A stretch of 63,788 bases of DNA, counting the filler, from Guillardia theta CCMP2712 (taxonomy: Eukaryota; Protista; Cryptophyta), in assembly GCF_000315625.1 (NCBI RefSeq). It is 7 parts of 7 records of this genome, joined end to end, with 100 filler letters (N's around TTAATTAATTAA, not from the genome) between each part and the next. Parts side by side here need not be neighbours in the genome. Positions count along the whole stretch, not along the records: positions 53,837 to 58,820 come from NW_005434180.1; positions 58,921 to 62,016 come from NW_005434072.1; positions 62,117 to 63,788 come from NW_005434455.1; 4 more parts are not named here. One strand, written 5' to 3'. Positions 55,869-63,788 of this stretch are shown in pieces (positions within the stretch are counted from its first letter, which is position 1; each line of letters begins with the position of its first letter). A program made the translations under genes and the position numbers. The notes under the pieces were generated by a model, which did no database searches, had not been told where the DNA came from, and saw nothing but the letters and a program-made list of their open reading frames with translations.

Positions 55869-58478
55869 ATGTCCGACAGCAAGGGCGCGATGCCGACAGT
55901 GCGTCTGAAGGGTCGTTCGAGTGCTTCCTCCTCCCCCCTCCTCCTCCTCGCCCAGTGTCTGGTCCTCCTCATGACCGAACAGCTGCACGCTTCAGCTGCT
56001 CTTTCATCTCCCGGTAGGAGGGCGTCTCGTTGAAAGTGCACGAAATTGAAGTCAACGCAGTCGGATCGCTGCGGATCCGCCATGCGAGGGTCTCTCCTCT
56101 ACGGCTGCGAGGCGGATTCTTCGGCATCGGATCGAAGCCAACTGAGGTTGACTTGAGATTCCTCGCGGATGGGGAGGGGGTAGGGACCGACCCGGCTGCC
56201 TATCATGACGTGGGGTATTTCGTAGAACCACGAAGGCGAACACACTACACACCTACCCGAGGATGGCGATGCGAATGCTTCCGGTGAGGATTCATTGTTT
56301 CATTATCCTCGCAGCAGCATTCTGGGAGACCCTGAGCGAGGCTTCAGTTGTTTCCAAGGAGCAGATGGTTGAGTGGATGGTACGGTCTACCAGCTACAGG
56401 TTCAAGCTGACTGCGAGGAGGACGAACTTTGACTTGCTCCGTGTCAGCGTGCTGGATCAGACGCAGATCACCGAACCTGGTGTTGCAAACTACACCGACG
56501 ACAATGCTCAGCAACAGGAAGAGTACAAGGTGAAGTGACGAGAGATGGAAGCGCGTTTGTTTGTTGTACGTTTGAAAGCTCATTGGCTCATGCAGTACAA
56601 TGCGGAGCAGCAAGAGCCGGAGAAAGACTCGAATGCTGAGAGGCAGAATGCAAAGGAGAACGCTTTCGCAAAGCTTGCGAAGGAGCAGGCAAAAGCTCAA
56701 CAGGCAAGGAGTTACTGAGCTGGATCGGGAGAAGGTGACCAACATCGACCTGGAGCAGGGAGTAGCAGATGTCGAGGATAGGGTGAAGGCTGCGCTTGAC
56801 GCCGTGGAGGCTGCTCAAGAGGTTTGTGATGCTCGATATCAGATGTGGATGTTGAGAGAGCTTGAACGACCTCTCGTTGTTCTTGTTCCCTTTCTTCTTG
56901 TTCTTCTCTGTGTCCTCCTCCTCCTCCTCCTCGTCCTCCTCGTCCTCCTTCTCGTTCCCCGTTCTTCTTCCTCTACTCGTCTTCCTCCTCTTCTTGAACA
57001 GAAATGGTTTTGTGCTCCCTCCTCAACAAAGCGTACATCTCTCACTTGTGAGCTTGTAGGGTGGAGAGCCGGGGAGCCTTTCAAGCGTCTCAACATCGTC
57101 ATGGTCTCCTCGGAGTTAGCGAGGTCAGTGACCTCAAGTGATCGAGATCACTCCTCCCTTCCTCCCTTCCTTCCTCCCTCCCTCCCTCCCTCATCCTGCC
57201 TACCTTGTTTGTCTGCTGTCTGCCTTCAGCTCGTCTCGCTGGCTTCTGCCCGATAGCTGAACAAGGTTTGCAGATACGCCAAGAGTGGAGGACTCGCAGA
57301 TGTTGCAGACAAACTCTCCATCGCCCTCGCCAAGGTGCTGCCGCCGCAGCCGCCGCTTCTGCATCTGCTGCTGCCGCTGCCGCTGCCGCTGCTGCTTCAA
57401 CACCATCTCGTCCTCCTCCTGCATATCCACCTCTTCCTTTCCCCCTCTTCCTTGTCTATGCCTTCCTCATCGTCATCCCCCATTCTGGTGTTCCTCCTCC
57501 TTCCAACAACATCACACGAGTCAAGTCTGCTGCTCTGATGCTGCAGCAGCGAGGTCATCGAGTCATGACAGTGATGCCCATGTATGGATATTATGAGGTG
57601 AAAGAATTCCTTCCCTCCCCTCTCTCTCCTCCTCTCCCTCCATTCCTCCCTTCTCCCCCTGCTCTTTCCCTCCTCTTCCTTCCCCTCCCTCCTCTCTGTC
57701 CATCCCTCCCTGCGCTCTTCCCTTCTCTCCCTCCTAGCCCGAACCCCCTCCTCTCTTCTTCCCCTCCCCTTCCTCTTCCTCCCCCTCCCCCCTCTCCCTC
57801 CTCCTCTCAGCTGACTCCTTCCGCTGACTTTGCCTTCGCAGGGCGTGATCGGTACTGGGGTGCGGAGAGGCTTCGGAATAATGGGAGGAGGACACACAGT
57901 TGAGGTGAGTTGACCAGAAGTCCCATCATGCCCCCCAAGCGCGCAAGACGCCTGCCGTAGCAACAGTTACATGTTGAGCTGTCTGATAACAGCTGTCTGA
58001 TAACGTTAAGTTGTCGTACCAACATCCTGATCATGACAACACGAGTAGATCTTCCTGTGTCGACAGACAAACATGTGGAAACAAGAAACCTGTTCAGATC
58101 TGTCTAATACAAGATGCTGACTTGCTGTCTCTCTTTTCCAGTACTGGCACAAGTGGGACCCTCATGGCCCTGACCCCCACAACTCAAGCATGGAGGCAGG
58201 GGTGGATCAGATCTTCGTCGATCATCCTTGCTTCCACAGGTACCTTCTCTCCCTATCTCTCTCTCTCCCTGCCTCTCCCTTCTCGCCTTCTCCTTCCTCC
58301 CTCCTTCCTTCGCCCATACACACGCTCTCCTCTACCACGAAGCTGACGCCATTCTTCTCTTGTTTCTCTTCATTCGGTCAGACCTGGCATGTACGGTGAG
58401 TGGGGTAAAGACTACGAGGACAACTTGTTCCGCTTCGCTCTCTTTGCATGGGCTTCATTGGAGGTGAACGAATACACT

Positions 58479-58546
<68 letters not shown>

Positions 58547-58720
58547 TCTTCCACCTGCTCCCCAGGTCCTCCTCCTCCTCCTCCTCTCCTCCTTCCTCAT
58601 TCCTGGTTCTGCTCATCGTCGTTTAGGCTCCTCTCTGTCTCCCCACCATCGCGCCCTTCGGTCAAGACGTTGTCTTCATCGCAAACGACTGGCAGTGTGG
58701 ACTCGTTCCTCTCATCCTGG
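55869..58720 (+). CDS. GT5 starch/glycogen synthase, 5' half only (remainder beyond the gap), with an N-terminal presequence and coiled-coil extension
   Basis: IVMVSSELA, YAKSGGLADV, QRGHRVMTVMPMY, GVDQIFVDHPCF, YEDNLFRFALFAWASLE and VVFIANDWQCGLVP occur on successive exons. Confidence 0.9.
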
Positions 58721-58755
58721 TGAAACCCAGATGTTGTGATGACGATGACGATGAC

Positions 58756-58793
<38 letters not shown>

Positions 58794-58920
58794 CGATATT
58801 CGACGCTCTACTTGGTTAGTNNNNNNNNNNNNNNNNNNNNNNNNNNNNNNNNNNNNNNNNNNNNTTAATTAATTAANNNNNNNNNNNNNNNNNNNNNNNN
58901 NNNNNNNNNNNNNNNNNNNN

Positions 58921-61900
58921 TGTTCGTCAGCAGCTTATGTTTTTCAGCTGCTTTCGCGAGTCTGTGCGCTATGACCGCCTGGAAGATCCGCGTCACCGAG
59001 GAGAGGACGCATATAGGTCGTTGGTTCTCCAGGACGTGACAGAGCTCATTTTTTGGTAAGAGCCTGACCCTTGCCAGCATATTCAACATCTTTTTGTCTC
59101 CTGTCAAAGCTTTGCTGATTACTTCCCCTATCTCCTCCTTTGCGCTATCAGGTAGAGCTTTCAGGATCTCATTTGAGATCAAATCCATGCCTGCTGCCTT
59201 GCGGTTGGATAATCTTTGGATCCAGACCTGAATCTCTCCTGGCTCCAGCGGGTATGCTATTTCTATCTCCCTGGTCTGATATTGATTGATTTGATCTGGG
59301 GGGTCGAAGTCCGGTGGTTTGATGGAAGTGAATAATTGACAGCTTTTGCAGAAGAAGAGGATCTTTGGTTCTTTGTTTTCCTGACGTCTGTCGTACAGCG
59401 GAATCATTCTTCCCTTTGTTTGACATTCAGCCCGTGCGCATGTTCCGTTCAATGTACAGCCGTTCACTGCAAAGAAGGTTGCCGTGTGGGTTTCATCTTC
59501 GAGGTCTCTTGCCAATCTCATGGGGATGAATTGCTCGATGTTTTTGTATCCTACTAAGCGCCACCCTCCTGGCTGCCCCCGGGTGATCAGTCCTCGGATG
59601 ATGGGTACGATTGCGTGTGCAGGCGCCAGAGTTATGGACATCTTTTGTGGTGCCTGGTTTCTCGCCCCGAGAGTCTCGACGTGTAGCATGGTTTGATGTC
59701 TTGCATTCCAAAAGGTTTTGCTTGATTCTTTGGAGCTGCTTTGTAAGAATGTTTCGATTAACGGGTTCAGTTCTTGAAGATATGCTGTCTCCGGCTGTTG
59801 CAGCGCTGGCTGGAGATCCCTCCATGACGTAAGTTCGATTGTATTTGGGTGGCACTTCTCTGACAGTTGACTCAGCATTGGGGCTTTGGGCTTAAAGTCT
59901 GACTTCTTGCCCATTGCATTTTGAGACTCTTTACTCCCTATCGTCCCCAAGCGTCTTCTTCGTTCGTCGCAAGTTTTCAGAAATATCTCTTGGGTCCTGT
60001 GCTGCGCAGATCTCTTTGAATTTGGTCATTGTCTCTCTTATTTCTGCGTGTGAGCTTGACTCCTTGTGTGCCCGATCAATAAAGTCGGGAATTTCTGATG
60101 NNNNNNNNNNNNNNNNNNNNNNNNNNNNNNNNNNNNNNNNNNNNNNNNNNNNNNNNNNNNNNNNNNNNNNNNNNNNNNNNNNNNNNNNNNNNNNNNNNNN
60201 NNNNNNNNNNNNNNNNNNNNNNNNNNNNNNNNNNNNNNNNNNNNNNNNNNNNNNNNNNNNNNNNNNNNNNNNNNNNNNNNNNNNNNNNNNNNNNNNNNNN
60301 NNNNNNNNNNNNNNNNNNNNNNNNNNNNNNNNNNNNNNNNNNNNNNNNNNNNNNNNNNNNNNNNNNNNNNNNNNNNNNNNNNNNNNNNNNNNNNNNNNNN
60401 NNNNNNNNNNNNNNNNNNNNNNNNNNNNNNNNNNNNNNNNNNNNNNNNNNNNNNNNNNNNNNNNNNNNNNNNNNNNNNNNNNNNNNNNNNNNNNNNNNNN
60501 NNNNNNNNNNNNNNNNNNNNNNNNNNNNNNNNNNNNNNNNNNNNNNNNNNNNNNNNNNNNNNNNNNNNNNNNNNNNNNNNNNNNNNNNNNNNNNNNNNNN
60601 NNNNNNNNNNNNNNNNNNNNNNNNNNNNNNNNNNNNNNNNNNNNNNNNNNNNNNNNNNNNNNNNNNNNNNNNNNNNNNNNNNNNNNNNNNNNNNNNNNNN
60701 NNNNNNNNNNNNNNNNNNNNNNNNNNNNNNNNNNNNNNNNNNNNNNNNNNNNNNNNNNNNNNNNNNNNNNNNNNNNNNNNNNNNNNNNNNNNNNNNNNNN
60801 NNNNNNNNNNNNNNNNNNNNNNNNNNNNNNNNNNNNNNNNNNNNNNNNNNNNNNNNNNNNNNNNNNNNNNNNNNNNNNNNNNNNNNNNNNNNNNNNNNNN
60901 NNNNNNNNNNNNNNNNNNNNNNNNNNNNNNNNNNNNNNNNNNNNNNNNNNNNNNNGCGAGGAGGGGGGGCGCGGGAGAAGGTCAGCATGCGCCAGTATCA
61001 CAAGGCGTAGATCACTCTTACCCTTTCTCCCTAACCCTGTACCATTGGTCATAAACATTCGGTAACATCCCATTCTTTCTTGATCATCATTCGGAGATCT
61101 GTTTCCTTTTTCTTACCACGCCCCACCCTGACTTCCTGCAACATGACAATAGATGGATGATACTTCTCAATCAAATATGCCAGGATGTGTTTCAGCACGA
61201 ATTGACTGCATCCATTGACATTTTGAGAGATGATGTTGCCTGGCGCGTTGTCCTTCTTGTGGGTTTCCACCCATGCTGAGTGCACTGACCTATCGGTGGT
61301 AGCCTCGTGTGCGTTGCTGCTTGCTGTTAGGATTTGCTCCTCCGCCTCCGATGCCCATTGAAGGTGGGACGCGTACCTCTCTTGCATCTTCGTTGGGGCT
61401 GATGGCTCCTCCTCCCCCCTAGTCTCCTTGTCGTGCTTCGAGTTTGTCTCTGCGTGCATGTCTGGTGGGGGGGAAGGTGGCTGGAGTGGAGAGACGGGGC
61501 ATGGGGCGGGAGGTGGTGGAGGGGGGTATGGCAGGATGTCCCCCTGTGCTGACCTGTCTGGTATTTGCAGGGCCGCTCCGTCTTTCCATCTCTCCTCTAG
61601 CCATGCATCTTCGGCTACCTGGGTCATCTGAAGCTCGCCTGCGCGTTTTTGGCCATTCTCTCGCCTTTCCATCTGGTTAGGTCTACGTTCCATGGTGAGC
61701 TTTGCTGCTTGCCATTCCTTGTAGCCTGTTTCTTGCGCGTGTTGTAACGCTCTGCAGATGCATTGGATCGTTTCTCGCATGTGAACTTGTTCTAGACCCC
61801 CTCCCCAGAGCCCATCCAGCAGCAGGTGCCTTGTTCTCACGAGCCATTGTTGGTGTGGCGGGACGCCTTGTTGCCTACCTATGTTGAAGATATCGTGTTG

Positions 61901-62016
61901 TTGCGTCTGCTTTCGTGTCTTTGCGATCAGTAGCAGATGCAGTAGTACAAAAATTCCGCAGTTGTAGCCGTCCGTTTGTTGCAGTCCCGTTGACACACAT
62001 GCCCTCCATGCCTTGT
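58921..62016 (-). mobile_element. Non-LTR retrotransposon, partial (gap-bounded, frameshifted): Ulp1/C48-like protease, APE endonuclease, C4 Zn-finger-like motif and RT
   Basis: QQTDGYNCGIFV (61946-61981). APE N-terminal motifs NIISQNVNG..IVMLQE (61131-61237). RT domains 0-2: EI...IQRLSNRKAAGMDLISNEILK, VRLLPK, ENQRPICVLSS..RIF..VIAHRL (58921-59250). No introns in the sequenced parts. Confidence 0.88.
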
Positions 62017-62149
62017 NNNNNNNNNNNNNNNNNNNNNNNNNNNNNNNNNNNNNNNNNNNNTTAATTAATTAANNNNNNNNNNNNNNNNNNNNNNNNNNNN
62101 NNNNNNNNNNNNNNNNCTACTCATCCTCCCCTCACTTTCATGTCATTAG

Positions 62150-62417
62150 ATGGACTAAATTCACGCGGCTACCGGACGAGCTCGACCCAGCAACGGAAAC
62201 AGAACAAGCGGAGGACGAAAAACGAGGGCAGGAGGAGAAGGAGGAGCATGAGAAGATGGACGGCAAGACTGAAGGGAAGGAGAGCAAGAGAGAAGAGGAG
62301 GAGGAGAGGATCTCTCAGGAGAAGGGGATGAAGGAGGAGAAGAAGGTTACAGAAGATCTCCTTGCGTTTCAGGTACTCCTCCTACTCGTCCTCCAGCTAC
62401 TGCTGCTCCTGCTGCTA

Positions 62418-62490
<73 letters not shown>

Positions 62491-62908
62491 CCTGAGCATC
62501 GTTGACGCTGCACAGCCCGCAGAGAAATTCCTGGGGTCGAGGAAGGGGATGGTGTTCAAGATGGGAGAGTTCGGGCTGGGTTACTACAAGGATGTACAGC
62601 AGGTGAGCAGCAGGTGGACGGCGGAGAAAGGAGGGCGTGAGGGGGAAGGAGCGCAGAAGGAGGGAGAGGAGGAACAGGATATGACAAAAGACGATGCCAA
62701 GGAAGGGAAGACCAGCGAGGGGAGGAAGGAGGAGGAGGTGGTGGAGGAGGAGGAGAGCGTGAAGGAGCAGACTGATCAGCCCCGTGCGGGCCCTGGCGAG
62801 GGGAGGGCGAAGGAGACGGAGGGGAGGAGAGGGGGAGAGGAGGAGCGCAAGGAGAAATCCGTCCCGAAGCTGGGCTTCACAAATCACATCATGTTCGATC
62901 TTGATTGA
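62150..62908 (+). CDS. 3' exons of a probable DNAAF2/kintoun (PF13)-like dynein assembly factor
   Basis: The C-terminus LGFTNHIMFDLD* resembles the FxNxxxFDLD-type end of kintoun proteins (recalled). An acidic linker is present. The spliced motif FQ/PAEKFLGSRKGMVFKMGEFGLGYYKD lies upstream. Confidence 0.45.
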
Positions 62909-63448
62909 TGTTCATAAACCTTACAGACATGCATAGCAACATCCAACTCTTCTAGCCAACTTGCTTCCTTCTTACCATCGTCATCGCCTTTCATCGCTGA
63001 AATCTCCCAATCTCAAATCACACTTTGCGATCCTGATCATTTTCCTCCTCCTCCTCCTCCTCCTCCTCCTCCTCCCTGTTCATATTCCCCTTTCTTAATG
63101 TTTCACTCGTCGAGACGCAAGTCTATGAGAGCGTAAGGATGCGATCGGTAGGCTTCAATCTGTGAGGACAACAGAACAAGAAGAGCAAGAAGAAGAAGAG
63201 TCAGTTGCGAGACAAGAAATCAAAGAACATCTCACGATCTGCTTCTCCACCTCAGTTGATAACTTGGTCTCTTTGTCAACGTAGACCTTCAGGTCCTACA
63301 GCCGTCTGTTAATTCCATTGCCTTTGCCATATCATCCTCTTCCTCCTCCTCTTCCTCTACCTCATCCTCTTCCTCATCATCATCATCTCCATCATCATTT
63401 CCATCATCATCTCCATCATCATCTCCATCATCATCATCATAATCTACG

Positions 63449-63492
<44 letters not shown>

Positions 63493-63788
63493 TCGATCAT
63501 CATCATCATCATCATCATCATCTTCAGGGTCTCCATTTCAATCTGAATCATAATCTTTTCCATAACTGCTTTCATCGTTTTCAGGGACCTTGGGACCACC
63601 ACCATCACAACCAACACCATCCTTGTCATGAATTTGGTCGACTTTTGTGTCTGCGGTTGATGATTGACTTCCTTTTAAATTGGTCGTCCAGTAATGAGCT
63701 GAGCGCTCTACGGAGGATTGATGAGGCGAACCAACAGATGAATGGAGCAACAGGTCTTGCAAGGAAGATGAAGATAGAAACACGTCAC

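Overview
Intron-rich eukaryotic nuclear scaffold with short GT-AG introns, frequent CTGAC-type branch sites, microsatellite-filled introns and N gaps carrying a TTAATTAATTAA filler. Gene content (plastid- and periplastid-type presequences, starch synthase, ciliary genes) suggests a flagellated alga with a complex plastid, most likely a cryptophyte such as Guillardia; this assignment is inference only. Recognisable genes: a Sfi1-like repeat protein with a near-perfect 390-bp exonic array, a TTLL polyglutamylase, a triple NTF2/DUF2358-like protein, an RNI-type LRR protein, NOT2, a TM-CHASE-TM guanylate cyclase, two paralogous HTH proteins, a WCRVC thioredoxin, a spliced deacetylase-like/GT-A fusion gene, a GT5 starch synthase and a DNAAF2-like 3' end. 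The most notable observations are: (1) a non-LTR retrotransposon with a Ulp1/C48-like protease, an APE endonuclease, a C4 zinc-finger-like motif and RT; (2) a recurring, ordered upstream architecture of a CCGG-rich island followed by a TACCCC-motif block and then the gene; (3) the deacetylase-GT fusion; (4) an unannotated pair of paralogous membrane proteins. Family assignments come from motif recognition by eye with no database searches. Exon boundaries were inferred by eye and are approximate unless stated.
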